Source: a virus. From it: a DNA stretch of 64,000 nucleotides. Below, piece by piece: positions 48,521 through 59,069 of the stretch. The position numbers and the translations under genes were made by a program. Each line of letters opens with the position of its first letter. The first letter of the stretch is position 1. The notes under the pieces are model-generated. The model had not been told where the DNA came from, searched no databases, and worked only from the letters and a program-made list of their open reading frames with translations. Where the stretch lies: the IMG/VR virus record IMGVR_UViG_2077657010_000001, positions 34,323-98,322 of that record, one strand, 5' to 3'.

Positions 48521-49369
48521 TTAAATTTGGCTATTAGCGGCTTGCTCTGCAGTAGCGTTATAACCAACTTTGGTTGCCTCTACGTCTGGATCAGGCTCAG
48601 TAATGAACGCTTGGCGCGTAAATGTATTCAAGCCTAGACGGTTATGGCGATCGATTTCTTGCTTAGCCGCCTGAAGTGCACCGAAACCAGTTTGCTGGAG
48701 CGATGTCATTTGGATAGCAAGTTCGTTTTTCTCACCTGGTGCATCCAGCTGACGACGTGCGCCATCAGGACCATTTAGGCGAGGTGCCATGTTCGTGCAA
48801 ATCCATGCACGGAGAGGATACTTCTGAAGCGGATCCATTTCATAATACAATGCGGTCATTGAATAGAATGAAAGGAGCTGCTCTGTAACACTATCATCAA
48901 TAACCGACGCTAGTGGCACTTTAGCGATAGGATCCATCATACCGTAACGGATCCACGCTGATAGCATGTTCTGGTAGCCTAAGTTGTAGCTGTCTGGCCC
49001 AGTATGGGTGATATCAGACTGCTCTTCTTTAACATCAGTCAATTCAAACTGACGTTGGCCGCCACCACCGATGAGGGTTTCTGCGAATTCAGCGGTAAGT
49101 GCTTTATTCAACCCGTCAATCTGTGTGTGTGTTTCGAAGAATGTTTTGATAGCACGCTTCCAGTATTCTGGCTCTGGCATGCTCTCTACCCACTCTGGGA
49201 ACTCCAGAATCTTACACACCACATTACGTGATGTGTATGATGTATTGAGTGCTACAGTACTCAGGTCTGTAACCGGGCCGTTCTGACCCGCGATGAACGC
49301 ATTTGCCATCGGCGCAATGCTGTGCTTGCTCTCCGAGTTGGCAATCATGCGGTTTTTGATATCGGCCAT
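48521..49369 (-). CDS. Tail tube protein (phiKZ gp30-like)
   Basis: 282 aa directly after the sheath; WIRYGMMDPIAKVP, AWICTNMAP motifs. Confidence 0.85.
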   Translation of the reverse strand: MADIKNRMIANSESKHSIAPMANAFIAGQNGPVTDLSTVALNTSYTSRNVVCKILEFPEWVESMPEPEYWKRAIKTFFETHTQIDGLNKALTAEFAETLIGGGGQRQFELTDVKEEQSDITHTGPDSYNLGYQNMLSAWIRYGMMDPIAKVPLASVIDDSVTEQLLSFYSMTALYYEMDPLQKYPLRAWICTNMAPRLNGPDGARRQLDAPGEKNELAIQMTSLQQTGFGALQAAKQEIDRHNRLGLNTFTRQAFITEPDPDVEATKVGYNATAEQAANSQI

Positions 49370-49375
49370 ATCACA

Positions 49376-51421
49376 TTACCCCTCTTGGGTTTGGAAACGG
49401 TGAGCAACCAATGTAGTCTTAAAGACAGTTTTCATTGTTGCGCCGTAGAAGTGCACGTTCAATGAGATGCTATTGCCGTTAGCAATATCGATTTCACTGA
49501 AGTATGGTTCGAATTCCAGGTTGACAACACCGTCGTAGATGCCATCGGTCTTTTTGATAAGCTTATTGCGAACCATCTTGATGATTTCGCCGTTTGTCTT
49601 ATCAGACACACCTGACATTTCAGCCCACACACGCTCGGTGATCATCTGGAGGTTACCCACAACCATCGAAATCAACCAGCTGTTCAATACAGAACGGTCG
49701 TCTTGATACACTGAGTACAGTGCAGGGAAGTGATAACGGTACTGGTCAAATGCACGTAAGCTGATTAGGCCGGTATCCCAATCTGATACATAAACCGGGA
49801 AGGGTTTATAATCTAGGTTGAAATCATACCCTTCGTCAATGATGGTTAATTCACCACGACTGAAGCGGTACGCTGGCTTAAAGCGACCTTCCATAGAACC
49901 TGCATAAAGCGATGCTTTATTTGCAAGGCTGTATGAGACAGGTACACGCTCTTTGTACTGGCTATTGTTCAAGTACATTGAGTGGCCAACGATGTGTCCA
50001 CGCATCGTGCCTGTACCGTAGTACACTGACTCAGGCATTGAACGCAGCATGGCAGATAGTGCGACTTTCATCGCTTCTTCTGTCTGCATATCGTTAACAC
50101 CTTCGTTAAACACATGCGGAACCAAGATGAGGTTGGTGTGCTTATAACGACCGATGTAGTTACACATCTGCTCTTTGGTATCGGTTGAGAAACCAGAATC
50201 CCACAAGTAGCTATTCGGATACTTCAAGATAGCGTCATATTTTACAGTACCGTTACCGTAATTGCGCATCTCTTCACGAACCAACTTATCGAAGGTTTCG
50301 TTATCCATGGTACCATCGCTACCGCCAGACATGTAATGGACGTGGCCATCGGTGAGTAGCTCACCGCCCTGTTCGCCGCTATCGACCAGCAATCCATTAT
50401 ATGGGTTACCCTCAAGGTCAAGACCTGTGAAGATATCTACCATGTATGGGTTGTCTGCGACGTCTTCGTCGTCACGGATGACTTCAGCCGCATCGCCAAG
50501 TACCTTTTCGAGGTAATCGCGGTATACGTACATATCGCTACATGGGCCGAGTACTGGTGGCGTGCCATCCATTGTACTGCGATCGCGCCACGACTTCAGT
50601 GCGATATCTTCAAAGTCCAGCTCCATGCGCATTGGGCGATAATACGCATTCGGCTTAAAGCTGAATGAAATCGCATTTTGACCTTTCAAGGTTGGCATGA
50701 TGGAAGGTTTAACACCTTCTTCAACTTGCTCTAACCATTGCATGCCCATGATACGTCCGCCAACTGTACGGGCGATGTCTGGGTCAGATGACACGGTTGA
50801 CTTGGCATTCTGGCAGTAAAGTGATAACCCGTAATTATTTACGGATGCGCCAGGGTAAGGGCCCGGAATATCCATGATTGGATAGACGGTAGATTTACCT
50901 TGGTCAGTGGATACCGAACCTTCGAACGGAGTTGCTTGGCGGTACTTGCCTGACTCTTCGTTAATCTGACCAGTGCGCCAGATGATCAAAACACCGTCGA
51001 TTTCGCCTTTAACTTTTTTAACACCATTTTCATAAACAATGGAGCCGTCAAAGTTACGCTCGTACTGAGGAACCTTAGAGGGTACCACTTCAGCATAGAG
51101 ACGCATAGAGCCTGTCGAAGCATCCTGTGGTACAACCCGCTGAAACATAATCGGGTTAGCATTGCGGTTAAACAGCTCTGCGAAAGGTGTGTTAAAGGTG
51201 GTGTATGGACTCTTTAAGTTAAAGAGGTCGCCGTATAGTGACTTTGCAGTCGAACCATATACAACATGTGCCGCACCTACCTCGCCTTTGGGTGCGAAGT
51301 CAAAGATGAGCGGCAAGTGGATTGGAACGGGTACCTGCTCAACGACTGTAGGTGGAACGGACTGGTCGTCCACACCGTACTTGACGTTTTGCGCCGTACC
51401 ATTCTTGATAATAGTAGACAT
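49376..51421 (-). CDS. Contractile tail sheath protein (phiKZ gp29-like)
   Basis: 681 aa; PIHLPL..FAPKG, GGSDGTM, WDSGFS..TK motifs. Confidence 0.9.
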   Translation of the reverse strand: MSTIIKNGTAQNVKYGVDDQSVPPTVVEQVPVPIHLPLIFDFAPKGEVGAAHVVYGSTAKSLYGDLFNLKSPYTTFNTPFAELFNRNANPIMFQRVVPQDASTGSMRLYAEVVPSKVPQYERNFDGSIVYENGVKKVKGEIDGVLIIWRTGQINEESGKYRQATPFEGSVSTDQGKSTVYPIMDIPGPYPGASVNNYGLSLYCQNAKSTVSSDPDIARTVGGRIMGMQWLEQVEEGVKPSIMPTLKGQNAISFSFKPNAYYRPMRMELDFEDIALKSWRDRSTMDGTPPVLGPCSDMYVYRDYLEKVLGDAAEVIRDDEDVADNPYMVDIFTGLDLEGNPYNGLLVDSGEQGGELLTDGHVHYMSGGSDGTMDNETFDKLVREEMRNYGNGTVKYDAILKYPNSYLWDSGFSTDTKEQMCNYIGRYKHTNLILVPHVFNEGVNDMQTEEAMKVALSAMLRSMPESVYYGTGTMRGHIVGHSMYLNNSQYKERVPVSYSLANKASLYAGSMEGRFKPAYRFSRGELTIIDEGYDFNLDYKPFPVYVSDWDTGLISLRAFDQYRYHFPALYSVYQDDRSVLNSWLISMVVGNLQMITERVWAEMSGVSDKTNGEIIKMVRNKLIKKTDGIYDGVVNLEFEPYFSEIDIANGNSISLNVHFYGATMKTVFKTTLVAHRFQTQEG

Positions 51422-51493
51422 TTTCAGTCTCCTGTTGAGTTATGACGTCATGTCATATGTATTTACGCTTACAACATACCAATGGAGTAAATA

Positions 51494-52384
51494 ATGAGTC
51501 TTTCATCCGCATATGGATCAAAACTTTTAGTCGGATTCAATACCCGAGAGATTATCAATAGCATCAAACGGGCAGAAATCATCGAAAAGTGCCCACAGCC
51601 CCAAGATGGTGTTGCATACATTACTGAGAAGCACGAAGTTGCTCCTTTCAAGTACCCGATTGTCGACCATGTGACCAATACGGTTTACGTAGACTCTCGG
51701 CCATTTACATCAGTTGACCGAGACGGTTCATTAAAGATCCGTAACGAACTCGATGATAAATTACAACAGGTACTCGCTAAGTTGGAACTCGTGTGGTCGT
51801 TGTCAGAAGACAATAACCGTGTACAGCGGGCGCTACACTACAGTACCGAAGTGTTCGTAAAGTGGCTGTCTGGCATCCTAAAACGCCGCTATGGTCTTGA
51901 ACCACTTACAGGTTTACAAGTCCACACGGTAGTTGCGATGTATGGTATTGGCCAGTTCATAAACAATATTGATGAACGTGCAGCCACAAAGCACTTACAA
52001 AGTATTGCTAACGATCACCGCATTCCTAACGACATTGTCATGTCTGTTGGGGAACGTGTTGGTTATATTTTTCCACGTGACCTAAACGAGTTTGTTGAAG
52101 TGTTGGTCAATTCAGACTTATCACCACGCCTTAAAGATGTATCAACCCGTGGGCTATATGAAGCACTGGGTGGTTCATGGTGGGGGAATACTGATGCTAA
52201 ATTCTTGACTGGGCAAGCCTTGGAATATCCACCAACAATGGCGGGTCTTGTATGGATGGCTACAGAAAACAGTATGTTCAAAAAGACTGCGATCGGCGAT
52301 ATCGTTGATAACAGTAATCGTAACAATACACACTACAACTTCCAGCGTGGCCTTCAGCTCATTTTCGACACGTATTTGGATTAG
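51494..52384 (+). CDS. Virion structural protein (phiKZ gp28-like)
   Basis: Divergent from the sheath; ALEYPPT motif; synteny. Confidence 0.65.
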   Translation: MSLSSAYGSKLLVGFNTREIINSIKRAEIIEKCPQPQDGVAYITEKHEVAPFKYPIVDHVTNTVYVDSRPFTSVDRDGSLKIRNELDDKLQQVLAKLELVWSLSEDNNRVQRALHYSTEVFVKWLSGILKRRYGLEPLTGLQVHTVVAMYGIGQFINNIDERAATKHLQSIANDHRIPNDIVMSVGERVGYIFPRDLNEFVEVLVNSDLSPRLKDVSTRGLYEALGGSWWGNTDAKFLTGQALEYPPTMAGLVWMATENSMFKKTAIGDIVDNSNRNNTHYNFQRGLQLIFDTYLD

Positions 52385-52392
52385 GAGTTACC

Positions 52393-54927
52393 ATGGAAAA
52401 TTGGTTAGTTACACATGCACTTGAAAATGTATGGTGTAAACCGTATAACGATTTCCGTTGGTTGATCTCACCGACACGGATAACAAAAGAAACGGGTGAG
52501 CTTTACGGAGTGAACTCACAGGGCTACTCCGTACGTCTACCTAAAATGGATACATGGTTTCATGTATTTCATTTGGGTAAATTAAATCACGATGCAATCG
52601 GCATCGAATACTTATTCGACCAATGGATTCGAATTGACCGGCTAGTCAATCATTGGGGTGTGTTGGTTAAGCTTTACAACGAACTTGGCCGTACCTTTCC
52701 ATTGTCGTATGCGTGGTTACGGAAACAGCCTAACGGCAATGTGTTGATTTGTTTAGAGATGGTCACCAACCAAGCTGACTTTTCACACGAGCGTTTATTC
52801 GTTAGGTTCTACAACAGCTATTTCACTAAGACCGAGTCGTTTAATAGTGATTATGCCTCGTCGGTTACAGGTAACGTGGTTAGAAGCGACCCTGTAAGAA
52901 CCGACATGGTTAACTTGTTTCAATCACTCCAACAACGCGCGGGTGAACCTATTGCTTACGTTAATGGTTGGGAAGTCGATGTCTTGACAAAAGACGATAT
53001 TAAGATGTGGGATTTTGTTGAGGTCGTTTATGATGGTCTTGCAGAATCCATTCACTATTTTGATATCAAAGACTTACTTTCCTTTTATAGTGATTTAGAT
53101 GGTAAACGTAAGTATCTTTTACATCCACCTAAGCAGTTAGACACCATCAAGTTCATTAACGATATTGAAGTTAGTGTGCTTGAGGGGAATTACGGTGTAC
53201 ATTATCATCAACACCGTGCTGATTCATTCCGACAGGTAACCCACAACGATTATAGTCTGGACACATCTAGAATTTCTACTTATGTGGAAAATTCAGATCT
53301 ATTCAGTGATTCAACCAACATGACATTGAAAGTGACCGTACATCGCAGTGGGATGGATAGACCGATTATCTGGGAAGATAACCGCATCCATGAACTGTAT
53401 AAGCTATCTGATAATGATATTGTTAAATCGATGGCGGGGATGGATTCACATATTCCTGAGTGGCGTGCATCGCATTTAGAGCAGTCTGCTTATAATCGGA
53501 TTATGGCAAGCTCTTACCAGTCAATTGATAACCAGATAGCTACAGATTGTTACGGATACAATGCGATTGCTCGTTATTCCTCAGGGTCGCCTGTCTACAC
53601 CGAGGTGGTGGGTGGTGAGCTTGTCGCTAAATTGTCACCATTTCATGCGCGTAAATGTACGGCGTTTGAGTATAACTCAGATGGGCATTTGCTGGGCTAC
53701 TATCACCACACTGGTAAGGTCGATGCTTATTATCGTTGTCAGCATCAGAATTGCCATCTGGTGGAGACTGTAGAAGGTCACGGTGGGAAGGTTCTTGACA
53801 TCATAGAATCCAATGAACCATACGTACCAGAACATGGTGTCAATTACCGTGTTTATACCAATAAGCTTTTAAGTGGTACGCCTTCATTTGAATATGAAGA
53901 TATCACCGATAGTGATAAATACGGGAAAGATGAATCTGGTAAGTTAATCTGGAATCTCGACCTGACACGACGACTCCCAGTTATATGGACAGATAAGACA
54001 TTCTTGCTTTATGAATTTGACCATGACATCTATGATGGGCATATTAAGTTTAGCATCGATCACTGGACAGATGAGAACAACTATCGACCACTGAAGATGG
54101 AGCCTGAGACATTAGAAATTTGGCTTAATCGTCGGTTCCTTGTTGAGGGTGTGGACTATCATGTTGTCTGGCCGCAGGTTGTTATTTGTAACAAAAAGTA
54201 TCTTGAGGGTACTGGCGATGAGCGTCATAATGTTAACATCGTCGTACGGTGTCGTGGGTTAGCAGACAAGCGACGTATTCCCAAAACGGGCTTTGTTGTT
54301 AACGGATTGTTAAGTAACAATAGTGTTTATGACGTACGTGACGATAAGCCACTGCATATCTCCATGGGCGGTAGCGTGTGTCACCGTGGTGAGATTATGT
54401 TCCGTGAAGATGCACATGTTGGAGCGACGGATAAATATAACGGACTGCCGTATTCTGTAAATGATCCAACTGTCCCACTACGAGGGTTGACCGTGTCGGA
54501 CACTTACGACATTCGAGATAAGTCTCGAGATTTAGATGGTCGAATTGAAGACTATTTGACAAATAAGCTACCGACACCACCAGACATCGAGCATAACCCA
54601 TCTGGTCAATGGCATACATTGTTCAGTCCCATTATGAATAAAATCATACATGACATGATAAATGGTCACTTAGAGCCCGTGGCAGATGACGAATTGTATT
54701 ACATTAGCACTCGTCAGTTTGATACGCTCATGGAACCATACATGTACCTGTTGGATTATGAACCTGCATTGTCAGGCATCGACCTTCGTTATGTCCACAT
54801 TGCACCACATGATAATGATGATGTCATTGCATTAACACCTATAAAGTTAGCGCTAGTTGAGCGGTTAAATGACCGCTACCTAGACAATCGTGTTAATTTA
54901 ACCAAACACCTTAGGGTTGAGGAATAA
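52393..54927 (+). CDS. Virion structural protein (phiKZ gp27-like)
   Basis: 844 aa; HALENVWC.P..D, KRKYLLH, FRQVTHNDYS; synteny. Confidence 0.7.
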   Translation: MENWLVTHALENVWCKPYNDFRWLISPTRITKETGELYGVNSQGYSVRLPKMDTWFHVFHLGKLNHDAIGIEYLFDQWIRIDRLVNHWGVLVKLYNELGRTFPLSYAWLRKQPNGNVLICLEMVTNQADFSHERLFVRFYNSYFTKTESFNSDYASSVTGNVVRSDPVRTDMVNLFQSLQQRAGEPIAYVNGWEVDVLTKDDIKMWDFVEVVYDGLAESIHYFDIKDLLSFYSDLDGKRKYLLHPPKQLDTIKFINDIEVSVLEGNYGVHYHQHRADSFRQVTHNDYSLDTSRISTYVENSDLFSDSTNMTLKVTVHRSGMDRPIIWEDNRIHELYKLSDNDIVKSMAGMDSHIPEWRASHLEQSAYNRIMASSYQSIDNQIATDCYGYNAIARYSSGSPVYTEVVGGELVAKLSPFHARKCTAFEYNSDGHLLGYYHHTGKVDAYYRCQHQNCHLVETVEGHGGKVLDIIESNEPYVPEHGVNYRVYTNKLLSGTPSFEYEDITDSDKYGKDESGKLIWNLDLTRRLPVIWTDKTFLLYEFDHDIYDGHIKFSIDHWTDENNYRPLKMEPETLEIWLNRRFLVEGVDYHVVWPQVVICNKKYLEGTGDERHNVNIVVRCRGLADKRRIPKTGFVVNGLLSNNSVYDVRDDKPLHISMGGSVCHRGEIMFREDAHVGATDKYNGLPYSVNDPTVPLRGLTVSDTYDIRDKSRDLDGRIEDYLTNKLPTPPDIEHNPSGQWHTLFSPIMNKIIHDMINGHLEPVADDELYYISTRQFDTLMEPYMYLLDYEPALSGIDLRYVHIAPHDNDDVIALTPIKLALVERLNDRYLDNRVNLTKHLRVEE

Positions 54928-54929
54928 TC

Positions 54930-56609
54930 ATGCCTAATAGCGATCATAAAGGGCCTAGTGAAGGATATGGGGTACCGCGCCCCAATCCGTTACGTGGCTT
55001 TACTATCCATAACTACGCTGATATCTACTCCGGGCCTACCGGGAAAGGTTCAGCAATTGCTAATCCCGATGACCTGATTGTGGATTATCCCAATAAACAG
55101 TTGTGGCGTGTCATTGATACAGACTACACGAACTACACGTACGAGTTGGAAGACTTCACTCCAACGAATACCTACAATGCTGAAATACGTATTGGTGGTT
55201 GTGCACCGCACAAATCAGATACATTCCGTATACTTATCGACAAGTCCAAACATCCGGTATCGTTGCGATTTGATGGACGTAACACAGTGACTGGTTCAGA
55301 CATTACACATGTACGCGTATTCCGTGGTGAGCGTATTGACAGTGACGGTGAGGTTGTGTCTGGTTATTACCGTAACGGTACACTGGAATCTGACCTCATA
55401 CCACTTGTCCTTGCGAGTAAAGATGGGAACAAAACTGTAAAGACACCACTGCCTGGTGTGGCGACACGCGACATTGCAGATGGTGAGATGTTGACTGCCG
55501 TATTTTATAGCTCTGAGCGTGGTGTGGCAGCCATCGCCTATTACTACGCAGTAGACACCTCTATTGTCATGCCTATGGAGAAACCTGTTCGACAAGTGTT
55601 GGATGTTAAACTACGTTCACCCTTCATGTCTAAGAGTGATGACCGCACATTGAAGTTACCCGTCAACATTCCGATTGATGATATCCCACTACAAGCGGAT
55701 GTCCAATACACGGATGGTGTACGGACAATCAATGTGGACAACACGCGGGTAACGTTACATGGGCTTAAGAACAGTGGCTCACATGACACGTTCTACGTCA
55801 GTTCAAATGTAGGTTTGACACTACCGCTTACGTTAAGCTACCGACTGGGTCGTAACGAAGCGTACGTCGGTGACGATGTGGTAGAGAATGTGATTAACAA
55901 GCCATACTTCGCTACAACTGAGCAGATTGATGGTAGCTACAGTGTTAAGCTATTTGTAGCGCCGCGTTGGTTGGATGTAGACCGAGGATACCGCCTGAGC
56001 TATTACCTGTATGACTTAGAGCGTGGTAATGTCTTTGACGCAACACCTTATGTTGAGGCTGGTGAGAATAGTCAAGTCTTCGATCCTAAGTTGTATAATT
56101 ATAAACAGCGCATGATCGTTCGGGTTGACATGTCGAAGATTAATCAGAACTACACAGCCCATGTTCATCCACAATCTTTCCACATTTCACTGCAAAGTCC
56201 TGGCAATGAACCCGGTGATGATTTCTACATCGATTACATACCAGACGGTGAAACTTACGGGGAAGGGGTTCAAGCATTGTTCTATTACAGTGATGCGAAC
56301 TACTGGATGTTGGATGTCTCTTCTGGTTGTAAGAGTAAGGCGGAGTGGATTAAGAAGCTTTATGACAAGTCATACCCACTTTACGATAGACGTACTGAGT
56401 CTGAGCCACCAGAGCCAACACATGTGCAGGTGTTAGTTGGTGAAGAGACCTACACCATCCCTGTTGATGCGTGGCACCAGCCATTCAATATCAACTTTAA
56501 GGTGAGTGAAGGTCAGCAGATCTTATTGCGTTGGGTGCGCCGAACGCCTCAAGATGAATTGCATTTGGCGATGTCGCCGATGTTAGCACATCAGAAAAAG
56601 AACCTTTAA
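54930..56609 (+). CDS. Virion structural protein (phiKZ gp26-like)
   Basis: 559 aa beta-rich ORF upstream of the terminase; synteny. Confidence 0.65.
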   Translation: MPNSDHKGPSEGYGVPRPNPLRGFTIHNYADIYSGPTGKGSAIANPDDLIVDYPNKQLWRVIDTDYTNYTYELEDFTPTNTYNAEIRIGGCAPHKSDTFRILIDKSKHPVSLRFDGRNTVTGSDITHVRVFRGERIDSDGEVVSGYYRNGTLESDLIPLVLASKDGNKTVKTPLPGVATRDIADGEMLTAVFYSSERGVAAIAYYYAVDTSIVMPMEKPVRQVLDVKLRSPFMSKSDDRTLKLPVNIPIDDIPLQADVQYTDGVRTINVDNTRVTLHGLKNSGSHDTFYVSSNVGLTLPLTLSYRLGRNEAYVGDDVVENVINKPYFATTEQIDGSYSVKLFVAPRWLDVDRGYRLSYYLYDLERGNVFDATPYVEAGENSQVFDPKLYNYKQRMIVRVDMSKINQNYTAHVHPQSFHISLQSPGNEPGDDFYIDYIPDGETYGEGVQALFYYSDANYWMLDVSSGCKSKAEWIKKLYDKSYPLYDRRTESEPPEPTHVQVLVGEETYTIPVDAWHQPFNINFKVSEGQQILLRWVRRTPQDELHLAMSPMLAHQKKNL

Positions 56610-56650
56610 TTAATTGACATGGGTGGGACACTCCCACCCTTGGAGGGTTT

Positions 56651-58765
56651 ATGATATTAAGGGAAAATGACTGGTATCGGCCTGAATACAAAAATGCGAT
56701 CATCCACTACAGTACAAAGAACCAATCATTCTTGAAGCTAGCAGCGATTCACAGAAAGATGGGTGTTAAGCACTGGTACTGCTGTCTCGCACTTATCAAT
56801 CCTAACCTCGAGTTTATTGATCCACATAGTCCTGACTTGACACTTGACCAACAGACCGAAGTCGTTATTGAGATGTTGATAAACCCATGGTATTTTTTCC
56901 GTGAGTTTGTCAGGGTGCCCGTTGAAGGTGAGTATGTTCCCTTTGAAATTCATCGTGGGTCATTTACACTGATATGGGCATTTTTTAATAACATCGATAT
57001 TGCCCTACTGCTTATCCGTCAGCGTGGTAAAACTGTGACGGTTGCATGTCTATTGACTTACCTTAAGCGTATCTTGAAAGGTGCAAGGACAATCCTTATC
57101 ACTAAAGATAACACATTGCGTACTGAAACATTAACAAAGATGAAGAAGATACGTGATGGGTTGCCGGGGTATGCATGGAGAAGTAGTCGGGATGATGCAG
57201 ATAACAATGAAGTCTTTACCTATAAGGCGAGGGATAACGTATTAGTTACCGCTATCGCACAAGGCTCGATTGCAGCCGCTGAGAATGCGGGACGTGGACT
57301 TACATGTGCACGATTGTTTGGGGATGAGGTTGCCTTTATTCGATTCATTCGTAAAATGCTAGCAGCCGCACTCGCATCCGGCTCACGTGTACGTATCACA
57401 GCAGAGGAACGTGGTATTCCCTACGGTAACGTATTTACTACAACGCCGGGTAAGCGTGACAGTGAAGATGGGCGGTATATTTACGACATGTTCCATGCTG
57501 GGCGATATTGGGATGAGTCTATGCTGGATATACCGACACGAGGTGAGTTGATTGACCATATCAGCAAAAACTCTACCGGTGACCGTGTATTGATTCATGC
57601 GCCGTTTAACCACCGTCAGTTAGGTATGACAGACCGTGAGTTGTACCTCGCCATGGCTAACGCTGGTGGTACTCGTGAAGAGCAGCAACGTGACTTTGGT
57701 CTGCAGTGGACTGCAGGTACCATGTCATCGCCTATCAGTGCTGATGATTCTAAACGCATACGTGAAAGTGTATGTGATCCTATCCCCTATGTTGAGATTT
57801 TCAAAAACACCTATTGTATTAACTGGTATTACAAGCAACACGAAATCGATACAAAGATGCGTGCTAAACACATCATTGGTGTCGATACCTCGGATGCGGT
57901 AGGTCGAGATAATATTGCATTGGTAATGATTAACAGTGAGACGTTGGAGACAGCGGCTACCGCGATTGTCAATGAGTCTAACTTAATTGTATTTTCAAAC
58001 TGGTTATCTGACATTCTAGTTAAGTATGAGAATACTATCTTGGTTATTGAGCGTAAGTCTTCTGCGCCGACTATCATAGATTCCATGCTCATTACCTTAC
58101 CATCGCGGGGAGTTGACCCATCCCGTCGTATCTTTAACCGTGTTGTGCAAGAACGTGATGCGAACGATCCCGATCTTGCTGAATTTACCAAATGTAATCG
58201 TGTCAAAAGTGAGGCTTTCTATGAAGCATACCGCAAGTTCTTTGGCTTCATGACTACGGGTACAAAACGTAAATTACTCTACGGTGAAGTGTTGCAAACT
58301 GCTATTAACATGGCAGGGGATAAAATCAAAGACAAGATGTTAGCCGATGAATTACTTGCACTTGTGGTTAAGGACGGTCGTATTGACCACAAGACTAGCG
58401 GTAATGACGATACCGTAATCGCATGGTTATTAGCTGTATGGTTCATGCTATTTGGTAATCGTCTGAATCACTACGGGGTCTCTAACCGTATACTGATGCG
58501 TCGACATGAAGCAGAAGCAAACGGTGATGATTTCGATAGTGAGGACTATCAACGTCGAGTCAAAGAGCAGGATGAGCTCAGCTCTGAGGTTGATGATATT
58601 TGTATGAAAATAGGGACTTCCTCTAACCCTTACGAGTTAGCTAACTTAAGACGGTTATTAAGAGTTAAACTGGCCAAACTCGATATTGATACGTCACATG
58701 CTAAGACCGTTGGGGAGTTGCGGGAAATTATTGGAAATGAAAAACTTAAGTCGAGGTACATATGA
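56651..58765 (+). CDS. terL: Terminase large subunit (phiKZ gp25-like)
   Basis: NPWYFFRE, Walker A RQRGKT, Walker B FGDEVAF, TTTPG, nuclease IGVDTSDAVGRD and NDDTVIAW. Confidence 0.95.
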   Translation: MILRENDWYRPEYKNAIIHYSTKNQSFLKLAAIHRKMGVKHWYCCLALINPNLEFIDPHSPDLTLDQQTEVVIEMLINPWYFFREFVRVPVEGEYVPFEIHRGSFTLIWAFFNNIDIALLLIRQRGKTVTVACLLTYLKRILKGARTILITKDNTLRTETLTKMKKIRDGLPGYAWRSSRDDADNNEVFTYKARDNVLVTAIAQGSIAAAENAGRGLTCARLFGDEVAFIRFIRKMLAAALASGSRVRITAEERGIPYGNVFTTTPGKRDSEDGRYIYDMFHAGRYWDESMLDIPTRGELIDHISKNSTGDRVLIHAPFNHRQLGMTDRELYLAMANAGGTREEQQRDFGLQWTAGTMSSPISADDSKRIRESVCDPIPYVEIFKNTYCINWYYKQHEIDTKMRAKHIIGVDTSDAVGRDNIALVMINSETLETAATAIVNESNLIVFSNWLSDILVKYENTILVIERKSSAPTIIDSMLITLPSRGVDPSRRIFNRVVQERDANDPDLAEFTKCNRVKSEAFYEAYRKFFGFMTTGTKRKLLYGEVLQTAINMAGDKIKDKMLADELLALVVKDGRIDHKTSGNDDTVIAWLLAVWFMLFGNRLNHYGVSNRILMRRHEAEANGDDFDSEDYQRRVKEQDELSSEVDDICMKIGTSSNPYELANLRRLLRVKLAKLDIDTSHAKTVGELREIIGNEKLKSRYI

Positions 58766-58983
58766 CAGTATTCACAATTTGGCTAGCATTATTACTCTGT
58801 AATATTGCTATTGTCGCAGCGGGTAGCCACTTATATTACGGGATATTACAACGTATCTCTACAATGAGTGGTGGTCTAAAACTACAGATAGCGGTGATCA
58901 TGACTGCATTGACGTTTAGTGCAACTGCGACCGCTAGCACATACCTTTATAGCATTCTGGAGGTCGTGCGTACTGTCCAATGA
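58762..58983 (+). CDS. Small two-TM membrane protein
   Basis: ATGA overlap with terL; GAGG RBS; two hydrophobic helices. Confidence 0.65.
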   Translation: MTVFTIWLALLLCNIAIVAAGSHLYYGILQRISTMSGGLKLQIAVIMTALTFSATATASTYLYSILEVVRTVQ

Positions 58984-58986
58984 TAG

Positions 58987-59019
58987 GTAGGTAGGGCCAT
59001 TTGGCCCTACCTACTTTTT
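58987..59019 (+). terminator. Rho-independent terminator
   Basis: GTAGGTAGGGCC..GGCCCTACCTAC plus T5. Confidence 0.9.
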
Positions 59020-59031
59020 GTGCGATCACAC

Positions 59032-59069
59032 AAAAAAAAATGGCGGAGTGGTCAAAAGACCACCCACCA
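59032..59069 (-). terminator. Rho-independent terminator (minus strand)
   Basis: Minus TGGTGGGTGGTC-TTTT-GACCACTCCGCCA plus T9. Confidence 0.85.

Noticed and set aside
56651-58765. Intein or intron in the terminase or RNAP genes
   Set aside because: Continuous ORFs of ordinary length; no intein C..HN boundaries, LAGLIDADG or HNH motifs seen
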